A stretch of DNA of 64,000 nt from an uncultured Desulfovibrionaceae bacterium. GTDB taxonomy: Bacteria > Bacillota > Dethiobacteria > DTU022 > UBA8154. A model generated the notes under the pieces. The model saw only the letters and a list, made by a program, of their open reading frames with translations, made no database searches and was not told the DNA's origin. This document shows, one piece after another, positions 41,237 to 51,409 of the stretch; the stretch's first letter is position 1; the number at the start of each line of letters is the position of its first letter. The translations under genes and the position numbers were made by a program. The stretch is taken from contig CAZRVU010000002.1 in assembly GCA_964603615.1 (NCBI GenBank), forward strand, positions 9,677 through 73,676, written 5' to 3'.

Positions 41237-41441
41237 GCACCCCCCAAACAGGCCCTTATTACCTAAAAATTAGATAGGTTTTGCAGCATATTGGCCGAAC
41301 CGGCCTTTATATAATATGTTCAACAATTGTTAAGTTTGTTAAGAGACCTTAATATTAATTATTATTTCGACCCTGAAAGAGAAAATCCTGCTATTTTTTA
41401 CTGTCATAAAAAATATTTTTACTTTTCAGTATATGCATCGC

Positions 41442-42776
41442 TTACGCTTCCTGGTAAGAAAGGCTGACAAATTTATTATAACGATCCATAAAATAAAGCT
41501 CCACTTTTCCTGTTGGTCCATTTCTTTGTTTAGAAATGAGGATCTCCGTTACATGTTTTTTTTCTGTCTCCGGATTATAATAATCTTCCCGGTAGATAAA
41601 GATCACCATATCCGCGTTAGCCTCAATCCCACCAGAATCCAGGAGATCGCTTAAAATGGGCCGCTTGTCCTGGCGCTGTTCAACAGCCCGGCTTAATTGT
41701 GAAAGCGCAATTACCGGACAATTTAACTCTTTAGCCAAAGCTTTTAGTGAACGTGAGATACCCGATATCTCCTGTTGCCTGTTTTCTGCCCGTTCGCTCC
41801 CGCGCATGAGCTGTAGGTAATCAACAAAAATGGCACTTAGGCCTTTTTCCAACTTCAGACGGCGGGCTTTTGCCCGCATCTCCATCACCGATATAGCCGG
41901 TGTGTCGTCAATATATAAGGGAAGCTCCGAAAGCGGGCCCACCGCTTGTGTGAGGCGTGGCCAATCTTCTGAAGATAAAAAACCCCGGCGTAATCTTTGT
42001 GCATCTATCTCCGCCATAGCACAAAGCAACCTTTGCGCTAGCTGTTCGCTGGACATCTCCAAACTGAAAAAAGCAACCGGTTGTGTTTCGGCCTCAGCCA
42101 TCTGCCGGGCAATATTGGCTGCAAGTGTGGTCTTACCCATGCTCGGCCGGGCCGCAATGATAATCAAATCGGATTCCTGTAAACCGGCGGTAATATTATC
42201 CAGATCGGGAAAACCTGTAGACAACCCGGTCAGGCCGCTTTTCCTTTCATAAAGCCTCTCCAATTTTTCAAAAGTTTGTTCCAGGGCATCACGCAAGGGC
42301 ACAAAACTGCGCGAGTCTTTTTTCCGGGCAATATCAAAAATCAACTGTTCCGCGTCATCCAAAAATTCTTCGATGTTATCCACATAACCATAAGATTTTT
42401 CAATAATCTCTGTAGAAGAGCGGATCAAAGCTCGCAGCAAAGCTTTTTCCTTGACAATCCCGGCATAATAACGGGCATGGGCAGCAGTAGGGGTCATATT
42501 GGCCAAAGTAGCTAAATAGGCAGCGCCACCCAACTTATCTAGCAAACCTTTATTTTCAAGTTCCTCGCAGACCGTAACCAGATCGACTGCTTCCCCTTTG
42601 TTAAAAAGATCCATCAAAGTTTGACAAATATGTTGGTGCGTCTCCCGGTAAAAATCCCGTGGAATCAGTATTTCGGCAACTTCAATGAGTGCTTCCTTGT
42701 CAAGCAACATCGCGCCCAAAACAGATTGTTCCGCCTCCATGTTTTGTGGCGGGAGGCGTTGTGCAAGTTCTTTCAT
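41442..42776 (-). CDS. dnaB: Replicative DNA helicase DnaB
   Basis: 444 aa; PPQNMEAEQSVLGAML N-terminus, Walker A (ARPSMGKTT) and the RecA fold (GISRSLKALAKELNCPVIALSQLSR). Confidence 0.95.
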   Translation of the reverse strand: MKELAQRLPPQNMEAEQSVLGAMLLDKEALIEVAEILIPRDFYRETHQHICQTLMDLFNKGEAVDLVTVCEELENKGLLDKLGGAAYLATLANMTPTAAHARYYAGIVKEKALLRALIRSSTEIIEKSYGYVDNIEEFLDDAEQLIFDIARKKDSRSFVPLRDALEQTFEKLERLYERKSGLTGLSTGFPDLDNITAGLQESDLIIIAARPSMGKTTLAANIARQMAEAETQPVAFFSLEMSSEQLAQRLLCAMAEIDAQRLRRGFLSSEDWPRLTQAVGPLSELPLYIDDTPAISVMEMRAKARRLKLEKGLSAIFVDYLQLMRGSERAENRQQEISGISRSLKALAKELNCPVIALSQLSRAVEQRQDKRPILSDLLDSGGIEANADMVIFIYREDYYNPETEKKHVTEILISKQRNGPTGKVELYFMDRYNKFVSLSYQEA

Positions 42777-44767
42777 TTTGTGTTCTCCTCAACCAGGACA
42801 AGGGGAAGCACTTCCTCAACATTGTCCAGATAATTAATCTTCATATCTTTTAAGATAACAGATAACCCACAGCGGTTTTCCCTGGGCAAAATCACTTGGC
42901 GAATGCCAGCCAGCCTCGCCCCGTATAATTTTTCCACCAGGCCCCCGACAGGTTTTAGTTTTCCCTGCAAAGAAAGTTCACCGCTAACTGCAATATCTTG
43001 GCGCAGCGGCACCCGCTTTAGGGCACTGTACAATGCTAAAAAGAGTGCCACGCCGGCAGAAGGCCCTTCGATATTGGCGCCGCCGATGATATTAATATGT
43101 AAATCATATTCGCTAATTTCCAGGCCGCTCAATTTGCGTAAAACGGAAGCTGCATTGAAAACAGAATCACGCGCCATTACGCCGGCGGCTTCATTAAAAC
43201 GTATTTTACCCTTTCCAGATTGTGAAGCGGGGAAGGAGATGGCTTCGATCTCTAAAACTGTGCCCCAATACCCCGCTGCCGCCAGACCATAAACCTTCCC
43301 TATCTCCGCTCCCAAAGTGTTACGGGAAAAAGCCATGGGAAGCAAACGGTTGTTTTGAATAACTTCTTCGATAAGCCTGATATCCAACACAACTTTATTA
43401 TTCTTTTCTGCCCTTTTATTTCCAAGCAAAGCTTCCTTTTTATCCCCGGGGAATCCGTTCGAAAAACAGCGGCTTTGTTTTTTCCCGGTAAAACTGCTGT
43501 AAAGAGCCAGTCCATAAGCATCGGCTAAAAGGTTTATTGCCCCCCTGCCCTCGTTCGTGTAGCGGCAAATTATTTTTTGGGCGCCGGCAGTCAGCTTCAC
43601 ACCTATTTTTTTGGCCGCATTTTTTACGATCTTTTGAATATCATCCGGAGAGAGCGGTTCAAAATAAACCGCACTGCAGCGCGATCTTAATGCCGGCGAA
43701 ATTTCCGCCGTAGTTTTGGTCGTCGCTCCAACCAGGATAAAATCGGCCGGGGCACCTTCTGAAAACAGTTTATGAATATATTGGGGCACCTGCGGAGCAG
43801 AAGGATCGTAATAGGCAGAATCAAAAAATACGCGCTTATCTTCCAGAACTTTGAGCAATTTATTTTGCAGTTGCAAGTCCAATTCGCCAATTTCATCGAT
43901 GAAAAGCACACCCCCATGTGCTTCTGTCACCAAACCAAGTTTTGGCTCGGGGATACCTCCTTCACTTAGTTCCCGCTTAGCCCCCTGGTAGATTGGATCG
44001 TGCACTGAACCTAGCAACGGGTTGGCAGTTTCCCGGGGATCCCAACGCAAGGTTGTAGCATCGACCTCTACAAAGGGTGCCGTGCTCTTCAGAGGTGTAT
44101 AGGGCGTATTTTTTGCAGTTTCCAGCGCCAGGCGGGCTGCCGCCGTCTTTCCTACGCCCGGCGGCCCATAAATTATGAGATGTTGGGGGAAAGGCGAGGC
44201 CAACTTGGACATTAAAGCCCGGATACCTTTCTCTTGTCCAATAATTTCTTCCAAAGCAGAAGGCCTAAAAAATTCCCTGGCCGACCGGGATAGACTGGTC
44301 GCCGACATTTTCTCCAAAAGCGCATATTTCTTTAAGGTCTGGGAATTCTCTGGCCCCCCTTCTTCTTTCAACAACTGTTCCTTTACTTCACGGATATATT
44401 CTTCGTGCCGTTCCTGCAGCTTTATATTAACTTTCTCCTCTAGTGAATCCTCCAGCAAGCGACGGGTCAAAACTTCAGCCGCCTGTTCCTCCATCTCATC
44501 CAATAGTGTCGGAATTTGAGGATATGGAGCTGTTTGTTCCAATACCGGATCTTCAAACACTAATTTTTGCATCCCCAGGACCTGGTTTTCTAATTTTGAG
44601 GACTGCAGCAGTTCCAAAGCCTCAAATTTTGCAGCTTTTAAAATAAGGTTGTCTGCACCATAGATGGTCACCAGTAAATCATAAAAAGCCTTAACTCTTC
44701 TTTGCAGGTTTTCTTCGTTAGTGGCGGGCATAAATGCAATCGGATTCTTTGACAGCTTAGACATCAC
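42773..44767 (-). CDS. Lon-like ATP-dependent protease (AAA+ plus S16 peptidase domain)
   Basis: 664 aa; Walker A (IYGPPGVGKTAAARLA) and a C-terminal Lon protease domain with catalytic GPSAG (NIEGPSAGVALFLAL) and the Lys-containing GGLVEK; 4-bp overlap with the dnaB start. Confidence 0.8.
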   Translation of the reverse strand: MMSKLSKNPIAFMPATNEENLQRRVKAFYDLLVTIYGADNLILKAAKFEALELLQSSKLENQVLGMQKLVFEDPVLEQTAPYPQIPTLLDEMEEQAAEVLTRRLLEDSLEEKVNIKLQERHEEYIREVKEQLLKEEGGPENSQTLKKYALLEKMSATSLSRSAREFFRPSALEEIIGQEKGIRALMSKLASPFPQHLIIYGPPGVGKTAAARLALETAKNTPYTPLKSTAPFVEVDATTLRWDPRETANPLLGSVHDPIYQGAKRELSEGGIPEPKLGLVTEAHGGVLFIDEIGELDLQLQNKLLKVLEDKRVFFDSAYYDPSAPQVPQYIHKLFSEGAPADFILVGATTKTTAEISPALRSRCSAVYFEPLSPDDIQKIVKNAAKKIGVKLTAGAQKIICRYTNEGRGAINLLADAYGLALYSSFTGKKQSRCFSNGFPGDKKEALLGNKRAEKNNKVVLDIRLIEEVIQNNRLLPMAFSRNTLGAEIGKVYGLAAAGYWGTVLEIEAISFPASQSGKGKIRFNEAAGVMARDSVFNAASVLRKLSGLEISEYDLHINIIGGANIEGPSAGVALFLALYSALKRVPLRQDIAVSGELSLQGKLKPVGGLVEKLYGARLAGIRQVILPRENRCGLSVILKDMKINYLDNVEEVLPLVLVEENTK

Positions 44768-44838
44768 CGGCAGCAGAATATATGGCTACCTGGCCACCAT
44801 ATATTCTGCTGACCTCCTTTCTGATACATCTTATTCTG

Positions 44839-44877
44839 TGATTCTACTGCAGAATGTAGCTTTTGCAGTGGAATCAT
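44839..44877 (+). repeat. Mini-copy of the MITE-like element (TIR pair only)
   Basis: TGATTCTACTGCAGAATGTAGCTTTTGCAGTGGAATCAT keeps only the two terminal inverted repeats and a short linker; it forms a 12-13 bp hairpin, and its terminal TCA (TGA on the minus strand) is the rplI stop codon. Confidence 0.65.
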
Positions 44878-45320
44878 TCTGTTTTTTCCACTAAAACCAG
44901 GATCGAAGCAGTTACCTCCGGGTGCAGTTTAATCTGCACCGTATAATCACCCAATGCTTTAATGGGTTCCTCAAGAATTATTTTTTTCTTGTTAATATTA
45001 ATTCCACTTTTGGTAAGCCCTTGCGCAATATCTGCAGAAGTGACTGAACCGAACAAACGGCCGCCTTCGCCGGCCTTTACTTTAATAGTTATTTTTTCTT
45101 CCGCTATCCTTGCAGCCAGATCCTCTGCCGCTTTCAGCTTTTTAGCCGCTTTTTGGGCACGAATATCGTCTTGCATTTTTAGATCCTTAAGGTGGCCGGC
45201 AGTTACTTGCTGGGCTAAATTTTTGGGAATCAAGTAATTCCGGGCGTAACCAGCGGCCACCTCCTTAATTTGGCCCTTTTCCCCTACATTAGGAACATCC
45301 TTCAAAAAAACAACCTTCAA
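44874..45320 (-). CDS. rplI: 50S ribosomal protein L9
   Basis: LKVVFLKDVPNVGEKGQIKEVAAGYARNYLIPKNLA matches the L9 N-domain; start assigned to TTG at 45320 with RBS GGAGG 8 nt upstream. The ORF opens at 45344. Confidence 0.85.
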   Translation of the reverse strand: MKVVFLKDVPNVGEKGQIKEVAAGYARNYLIPKNLAQQVTAGHLKDLKMQDDIRAQKAAKKLKAAEDLAARIAEEKITIKVKAGEGGRLFGSVTSADIAQGLTKSGININKKKIILEEPIKALGDYTVQIKLHPEVTASILVLVEKTE

Positions 45321-45520
45321 CCTGGCAACCTCCTTTCCAAACAACAGGTTACAAAAATAAACACGCAGCTAAGTTGGTGTTCATCTCTTGAGTCACGACA
45401 TTGGCATAAAATATAACTTGAAAAATAGTGCCTGTCCTACCAGTTAAATTTTCGCTGCCTTTCTTTGATTTCCTGCTTATCAAGTCAGTAGAATTAAATA
45501 CCAGATAGGCAGATCTACAC

Positions 45521-45563
45521 CCAAAAAACAAGCGGCAACCTTGCTTACTGCGGCTGCCGCTTG
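45521..45563 (-). terminator. Intrinsic terminator downstream of rpsR
   Basis: On the minus strand, CAAGCGGCAGCC..loop..GGTTGCCGCTTG (about 11 bp, one mismatch) followed by TTTTTTGGG, immediately after the rpsR stop at 45568. Confidence 0.5.
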
Positions 45564-45567
45564 AGCA

Positions 45568-45795
45568 TTATTCAGACGTATATGGTAACAAGGCCATCTG
45601 TCTGGCCCTTTTGATGGCCGTCGTAAGTTGCCGCTGATGTTTAGCACAATTTCCAGAGATACGGCGCGGCAAAATTTTACCTCTTTCCGTGATAAACCTT
45701 CGCAATCTATCAGCCTGCTTATAATCGATGTACTCTACCTTATCCACACAAAAAGCACAAATCCTTCTTCTGCTTCTGCGTTTTTCCCTACGCAT
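45568..45795 (-). CDS. rpsR: 30S ribosomal protein S18
   Basis: [26 protein letters not shown]...[22 protein letters not shown], the canonical S18; start trimmed from the ORF's 45852. Confidence 0.9.
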   Translation of the reverse strand: MRREKRRSRRRICAFCVDKVEYIDYKQADRLRRFITERGKILPRRISGNCAKHQRQLTTAIKRARQMALLPYTSE

Positions 45796-45896
45796 ATTTT
45801 CATAGCCCTGCCACACAAAGCAAAGCACCTTTATGGTAACATTTGCTTCCAAGGGCCGGCAAAGCCTCCTTTCTACACCCTATTCGTTTTTTCCCT

Positions 45897-46304
45897 TTAA
45901 AAGGGGACATCGTCTTCTTTGATCTCTGAATCTTCTTCCATAAAAGAATCACCATAACCATTTTGTGTATCAACCGGTTGTTCCCGACGACTGCCAAGGA
46001 AATGAACGCTCCGCGCCACAACCTCTGCCGTCATACGGCGAATCCCTTCCCGATCATCATAAGAACGAATCTGCAGGCGTCCTTCCACCGCCACCTGCCT
46101 TCCTTTGGTAAGATTACTGGCACAGCTTTCTGCCAGCTTTCTCCAGGTGACAATCCTGATAAAATCTGCTTCTTTTTCGCCTTTCTGGTTAAGAAAAGGC
46201 CGGTTCACAGCTAATGTAAAATTCGCCACGGCCACCCCTTCACCCGGGGTATATCTCAACTCCGGATCCCGCGCCAGATGTCCGATTAGAATAACATTAT
46301 TCAA
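45897..46304 (-). CDS. ssb: Single-stranded DNA-binding protein
   Basis: MNNVILIGHLARDPELRYTPGEGVAVANFTLAVNRPF (OB fold) and the acidic C-terminus ending DDVPF. Confidence 0.9.
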   Translation of the reverse strand: MNNVILIGHLARDPELRYTPGEGVAVANFTLAVNRPFLNQKGEKEADFIRIVTWRKLAESCASNLTKGRQVAVEGRLQIRSYDDREGIRRMTAEVVARSVHFLGSRREQPVDTQNGYGDSFMEEDSEIKEDDVPF

Positions 46305-46341
46305 TATTTTAGCCCCCCAAGCTATTCATCTTTATAAAAGC

Positions 46342-46857
46342 CTATTCGACTTCCGTTTCTAAATCAGCAGCCCGCTCTTCTGTAGAGCTACCTTCAACAT
46401 CGCCGGCATCATTTTTTTCACCCTGAACACCTTCTGCAACTTGGACACCCTCTGCAACAGCTTCATCTACAGGTACATCTTCTGGGGGGGATTCCCCTGC
46501 ATTTGTAACACCTGTATCTCCTACAGGCATATTATTCGCAGAGGTGTCAGTTGACTTCGTTTCCAGTTTATCTTTCTCTAAACGAATCACAATATAGCGT
46601 AAATAACCCTCATTCACTTTAAAAAAGTGTTCCAGGACAGGAATGAACTCTCTACCAGCCTGTACATTAAGAAGAACGTAGGAGCCTTCCCGAAAATTAT
46701 TGATCGCATAGGCCAGCCTACGTTTCCCCAACTTTTTTAGTAAAACAATTGCACCTTTTTCGTTTTCTATAACCTGTTTGACTCTTTGAACGGCTTCATC
46801 CAGGGCTTCCCCTTCCCAATCAGGCTGTACGATAAACATGATTTCGTATAACTGCAT
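46342..46857 (-). CDS. rpsF: 30S ribosomal protein S6 (with ~70-aa acidic C-terminal extension)
   Basis: MQLYEIMFIVQPD...GKRRLAYAINNFREGSYVLLN is a typical S6 core; an E/D/V-rich tail follows. Confidence 0.9.
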   Translation of the reverse strand: MQLYEIMFIVQPDWEGEALDEAVQRVKQVIENEKGAIVLLKKLGKRRLAYAINNFREGSYVLLNVQAGREFIPVLEHFFKVNEGYLRYIVIRLEKDKLETKSTDTSANNMPVGDTGVTNAGESPPEDVPVDEAVAEGVQVAEGVQGEKNDAGDVEGSSTEERAADLETEVE

Positions 46858-47066
46858 TTATTTTCTCACCTCCCTCTGGTCTAAGCGGCCCCCATTAATC
46901 ATGAAAGCAGGGATAATTTATTACTAATGTTAACACACCAAAAACGGTAAAGCAAGTTGCCTGGTGAAATTTAACAAAGCAAACACTTGAAGCCAACTCC
47001 GGATTAACCGCTAATAAATCGAAAAGGCAGAACCCGTAATTCTTTGCAATAACATTACTTATTACA

Positions 47067-48119
47067 TTATTTAATCACGCCCGGCTCGACATCCCGGCTT
47101 TTTTGTTCATCCTGCACATACTCAAGCAGGCTCCTTATTATCCCGGCAATAGGCACACCAAGAATCATACCCAGCGTCCCGGCCAGTTGCTGGCCTATCA
47201 ATAAACAAACGATAACAGTAATTGGCTTCAATTTGACTGCTTTACCCAAAAGCAGCGGGGATAAAATTATCCCGTCCACCGTTTGCACGACAACATAAAT
47301 AGCCACCGTCACAAAAACGGAGGGCGTGCTGGCTGAAAAACTTAAAATAACTGCCGGGATAGCAGCAATATAAGGACCGATATATAAGATAATGTTTAAA
47401 ATTCCAGCGATAATCCCCAAAAGAAAGGAGTAAGGCATGCCAAAAATTGAAAGTAAAACCCCCGTAAAAATGCCCACTAAAGAACAACGTATAATATTAC
47501 CCCGGATATAGCCGCCCATATTGCGATCAATAATCTGCATAATATCGCGGGCGTAACGTTCATAAGGGGGAGGTACCAACCTGACAATCATTTGACGCAC
47601 ATTTTGAAAATCATAAAGTAGATAAAAAACAATGAATAGAATGAAAAAAATATCCACCATACTAGAAACCAAGGAGACGCTGTAAGATGCCAGCTCCTCA
47701 AGTGCCGGTTGCACCTTTGCCGGCAATTGTAAAAGTGCCTGCATGAGCTCCGGGCTTAAATCAATTGTTGTGAGATAATCTGATAGTTTTTCTAGATAAA
47801 ACTGCGCCTGCCTTACATAAAAAGGGAAATCCCTGACGACGTCCTTGGCTTCTCTTTGTACAATCGGAATAATGATACTGAGTATTGCAGTAATCAGCAG
47901 CAAAAAAACCAAAAAAGATATCGCTACCGCCAAAAAGTGGGAAATATAGCGTCGTTTCTTGAGCCACTCTGCAATCGGAGAAAGAACATAAACAATTAAC
48001 AGACTGATCACAACAATTTGTATTACCCAGGAAATACGGTTTAAAAACCAGAGCATCGCCACGAATAATATAATCCATAAGAAAAACTTTGTGACCTCTT
48101 TTGGTGCTATGCTACCCAT
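47067..48119 (-). CDS. AI-2E family transporter (UPF0118/PerM-like membrane protein)
   Basis: 350 aa, about 8 TM helices with the conserved central loop (GGYIRGNIIRCSLVGIFTGV). Confidence 0.8.
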   Translation of the reverse strand: MGSIAPKEVTKFFLWIILFVAMLWFLNRISWVIQIVVISLLIVYVLSPIAEWLKKRRYISHFLAVAISFLVFLLLITAILSIIIPIVQREAKDVVRDFPFYVRQAQFYLEKLSDYLTTIDLSPELMQALLQLPAKVQPALEELASYSVSLVSSMVDIFFILFIVFYLLYDFQNVRQMIVRLVPPPYERYARDIMQIIDRNMGGYIRGNIIRCSLVGIFTGVLLSIFGMPYSFLLGIIAGILNIILYIGPYIAAIPAVILSFSASTPSVFVTVAIYVVVQTVDGIILSPLLLGKAVKLKPITVIVCLLIGQQLAGTLGMILGVPIAGIIRSLLEYVQDEQKSRDVEPGVIK

Positions 48120-48149
48120 CTCTTTTTCGCTATCCTTTCCATCCCCTGC

Positions 48150-49247
48150 TTAGACTTTGAAACGAAAATAGATCACATCCCCGTCCTGAATCTGATAGTC
48201 TCTTCCTTCTAAACGCAAAATTCCTTTCTCTTTTGCAGCTACCACCGATCCAGACTGCAGCAGTTCCTCCCAGTTAATCACCTCCGCGGCGATGAACCCT
48301 CTTTCCATATCACTGTGCACCTCTCTGGCACCGCGGCGCGCCGGCGTTCCCCTGGGAACTGCCCAGGCCCGGGCTTCCTGACCCTTGATGGTAAAATAAG
48401 TAATCAATTGCAAAAAATCATACCCTATTTTAACCAACCTGTTTAAACTTGTTTCCTCCAGTCCATATTCTCGAAGGAATAATACCTTGTCCTCTTCATT
48501 CATTTCCTCCAGTTCGCCCTCCAAGGATGCACAAATACTAATAACTGGTGCTCCCTCTGCCTCCGCCAGCCTGCGTACCGTTTTAACCGGCACTGGTTCC
48601 TCCAAAAAGAGATCTCCCTCATCGATATTGACGACATAAACCACCGGTTTGGATGTTAGCAGTTGCAGCTCCTCCAGTATCTTTTTTTCTTCTGCTTCGA
48701 TCTCCAAACTGCGTGCGGTCTGCCCCTTGCTTAGATGTGCATAAACTTTTTCTAAAAGTTCTTTCTGCGCAAAGGCCTCCTTAGTAGCACCTTTAACGCT
48801 CCGTTGTGCCTTCTCCAGCCTTTTTTCGAGAACAGCAAGATCGGAGAGAATTAGCTCCAGTTCTACAATTTCAATGTCTTGCCGGGGTTCCGGGACCCCG
48901 ACTAAATGCGGAACGTCTGGCGCGTTGAAACCCCTCACAACATGCAGAAGTAGATCCATCTCCCGGATATGAGCTAAGAAACGATTGCCCAGACCTTCCC
49001 CTTGACTGGCGCCCTTTATCAAACCGGCAATATCGACGATAGACAAGGTTACCGGGGTTACTTCCGTGGAAGAAGCTAGGGCCGCAACCCTTAAAAGACG
49101 TTCATCTTTAACCGGAACAACTGCTCTATTCGGTTCAACTGTAGCAAAAGGATATTTTGCTCTCTCCACCGGTAGGCTGGAAAGAGCAGTAAATATCGTT
49201 GATTTACCAACATTGGGTAAACCAACCAATCCACATTTAAAACCCAT
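48150..49247 (-). CDS. ychF: Redox-regulated ATPase YchF (Obg-family GTPase)
   Basis: MGFKCGLVGLPNVGKSTIFTAL (G1), DIAGLIKGASQGEGLGNRFLAHIRE (G3) and a C-terminal TGS domain. Confidence 0.95.
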   Translation of the reverse strand: MGFKCGLVGLPNVGKSTIFTALSSLPVERAKYPFATVEPNRAVVPVKDERLLRVAALASSTEVTPVTLSIVDIAGLIKGASQGEGLGNRFLAHIREMDLLLHVVRGFNAPDVPHLVGVPEPRQDIEIVELELILSDLAVLEKRLEKAQRSVKGATKEAFAQKELLEKVYAHLSKGQTARSLEIEAEEKKILEELQLLTSKPVVYVVNIDEGDLFLEEPVPVKTVRRLAEAEGAPVISICASLEGELEEMNEEDKVLFLREYGLEETSLNRLVKIGYDFLQLITYFTIKGQEARAWAVPRGTPARRGAREVHSDMERGFIAAEVINWEELLQSGSVVAAKEKGILRLEGRDYQIQDGDVIYFRFKV

Positions 49248-49262
49248 GTTTTTCTCCTTTTA

Positions 49263-49454
49263 TTAACAACTTTCTCCGGGTTCTTCGACGATCTCCTTTA
49301 CTTTACGTTCGAACTTTTGTCGTGACAAAAGCACGCTCCGACCGCATTTTAAACACTTGATACGAAAATCCATACCAATACGTATAATGCGCCAAAGTTC
49401 CCCGCCACATGGATGATTTTTCCGCATACGCACTATTTGACCTAACTTATACAT
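49263..49454 (-). CDS. DUF951 family small protein (YyzM-like)
   Basis: 63 aa with HPCGGELWRIIRIGMDFRIKCLKCGRSVLLSRQKFERKVK, matching the DUF951 CxxC zinc-ribbon pattern; adjacent to ychF as in Bacillus. Confidence 0.75.
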   Translation of the reverse strand: MYKLGQIVRMRKNHPCGGELWRIIRIGMDFRIKCLKCGRSVLLSRQKFERKVKEIVEEPGESC

Positions 49455-49534
49455 ACTTTCATCCCCTGAAAGCTTCCCTAATCATAATACTACGCTCAAC
49501 GGTCTAACTGCAAGCTATCTTTAGAAACTATTTA

Positions 49535-51148
49535 GGGCTTTCTGCACAACCTGTCATTTTTAACAAACTAAGCTGCAGCAGGTAAAACCCGGCTTGCCCT
49601 TGGCAAAAATAATGCCTTGAAAACGTAAAAAACGCTCTTTGAAAAAAAGACAAAAAGAAGCCTAAGTAAATAGGCAAGATTCATCACAATGAGGTTAATA
49701 GCAATCACCGCTTCGCTGGTTTCCTGCAGCTTTGTTTTAACTAAGTTCAGCCCATACTTCCTTTTCCCTTCGCCGAACTTACCTTCAACCCAGTTGCGAT
49801 CGAGTGCATCCTCGTGGGCCTGTTTTCTAGCGTTGGGATCTGGGTTTTTCGGTGGCCGGCCCAGCCTTGGCCCGCTGAGGCGGATACCGCGTTTAGTGCA
49901 GTAACGAATGTTGTCACGCGTACGGTAAATCTTATCGGCATGAACTGATACCGGATAGAAACCATGGCGGAATCTGTATCTTTCAACCGTTTCCATGAGG
50001 GTGACCCCTTCATGGAAGTTATCCCAGGAGAGCTTCTCCAGGTAGGCCAAACCGTCTACGATGCTAATGGCCAGCTTGGCACCAAATTCTACGTTTGTCC
50101 GGGCCTTGCCCCGTACAATCGGCCTCACATGAGGTTGGCTGATGCTCACGATACGGTCTTTGATGTGATGGGTCTGATGATCGTACATGTACTTTTGTTG
50201 TTGATAAAGTTTTTGGATGGTCTTGAGTTCTTTAGACTGCTTGGGGGTAAGGGGGCTTTCAAGATGCTGCCCTTCCAGTTTGGCGATACTTTTTAGGTTG
50301 CGATACAGATAAGCAAGCTGTTTTTTGATTGCTCTTCGTAGTTGTTTTTTACGCGGCTTGCGCATCTTGGCTATCTTTAGATATTCTTTCCTGGCAATCT
50401 GGCGATAGGTACGTGGCTTTTTAATCCTACCTTGCAGCGGCAGGTAGAGGGTATCGATGTGCTCTTCGGTTTTTTCCCGTGCTTCGTTTAAGAGGCCAAG
50501 ATCAGTGGGGTAGCGGATATCAGCCGGAACACAGGTGGCATCCATGATCAGCTTGCCTTTGTTTTCTGTAGTTTTAGCAGGGTTCTTCGGTTCTTTGCTT
50601 GTGGCCAAAGGAGGGTCATCATCGTCTTTTTTATCCTTTGCACAGATGGTTTCGTTGATCGTGTTGAGTTGGTCTACGCTAAAGCGCTGGCGAAAGCGGG
50701 CCATCAGTGATGGGTCGAAGAGCTTTTCGTTTGTGTATTCTTTGAAACCGAGGAAGTATTGCAGGTAGGGGTTCTCCCGGATCTGCTCGACTGTTTCTTC
50801 ATCGGAAAGGCCTAAGGTCTCCTTGATGATTAAAGCACCTAGGGCTACCCTGGCCGGTTTTGCTACATTGCCGGTATTGCTGGGAAAAAGATCTGCATAG
50901 CTGTCTTCAATTTCGTCCCAGGGGATCATTTTAGCTTTGATCACCCAGCGGTTATTGGCTGAAAGGGCACCGCTGAAGGGCAGGATGAAATCATCAATGG
51001 TGAGCTGGTTGTCTTTTTTTCGATACATTTTTGTCACCTCATGTGCAAGGTTTTGGAGGGCTTGTGATTGTTTTTCTTGCACTTATTATACCATAAATGT
51101 GGGGTAAATGCAGTAATTATCGGGATCTGTGGGTTGTGCAGGAAGCCC
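49535..51148 (-). mobile_element. Intact insertion sequence (IS1182/IS5-like) with 17-bp terminal inverted repeats
   Basis: Left end GGGCTTTCTGCACAACC (49535-49551) and right end GGTTGTGCAGGAAGCCC (51132-51148), a 16/17 inverted match. Both flanks read (C)TATTTA, a probable 6-7 bp target-site duplication. Carries a single transposase gene. Confidence 0.8.
49568..51082 (-). CDS. IS1182/IS5-family DDE transposase
   Basis: 504 aa; N-terminal InsH/DUF772-like region (LGLSDEETVEQIRENPYLQYFLGF), a basic linker, and a C-terminal DDE domain. Confidence 0.8.
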   Translation of the reverse strand: MQEKQSQALQNLAHEVTKMYRKKDNQLTIDDFILPFSGALSANNRWVIKAKMIPWDEIEDSYADLFPSNTGNVAKPARVALGALIIKETLGLSDEETVEQIRENPYLQYFLGFKEYTNEKLFDPSLMARFRQRFSVDQLNTINETICAKDKKDDDDPPLATSKEPKNPAKTTENKGKLIMDATCVPADIRYPTDLGLLNEAREKTEEHIDTLYLPLQGRIKKPRTYRQIARKEYLKIAKMRKPRKKQLRRAIKKQLAYLYRNLKSIAKLEGQHLESPLTPKQSKELKTIQKLYQQQKYMYDHQTHHIKDRIVSISQPHVRPIVRGKARTNVEFGAKLAISIVDGLAYLEKLSWDNFHEGVTLMETVERYRFRHGFYPVSVHADKIYRTRDNIRYCTKRGIRLSGPRLGRPPKNPDPNARKQAHEDALDRNWVEGKFGEGKRKYGLNLVKTKLQETSEAVIAINLIVMNLAYLLRLLFVFFSKSVFYVFKALFLPRASRVLPAAA

Positions 51149-51180
<32 letters not shown>

Positions 51181-51409
51181 TGATTCTACTGCCTAAATTT
51201 TATTTGCCAGGCATTCGCTAAAATCGGCAGCCATGCGACTGGCAATTTTTCACCCGGGCCAATTGAACGTCCGCTTCAAAAGGCCCTAAAAATGTCGTCC
51301 GGCCATTTTTGCTGCAAAATTGTGGCGTCTTCATGGGCTAATTTTTACAGCTTCGCCCCGGGCAAATTGCGCTTTATGCAGCAGAATGTAATTTTTGCAG
51401 TGGAATCAT
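51181..51409 (+). repeat. MITE-like repeat, copy B (full length, ~229 bp)
   Basis: TGATTCTACTGC...GCAGTGGAATCAT; the termini are imperfect 13-bp inverted repeats, and the copy ends on the adk stop codon. Confidence 0.75.
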
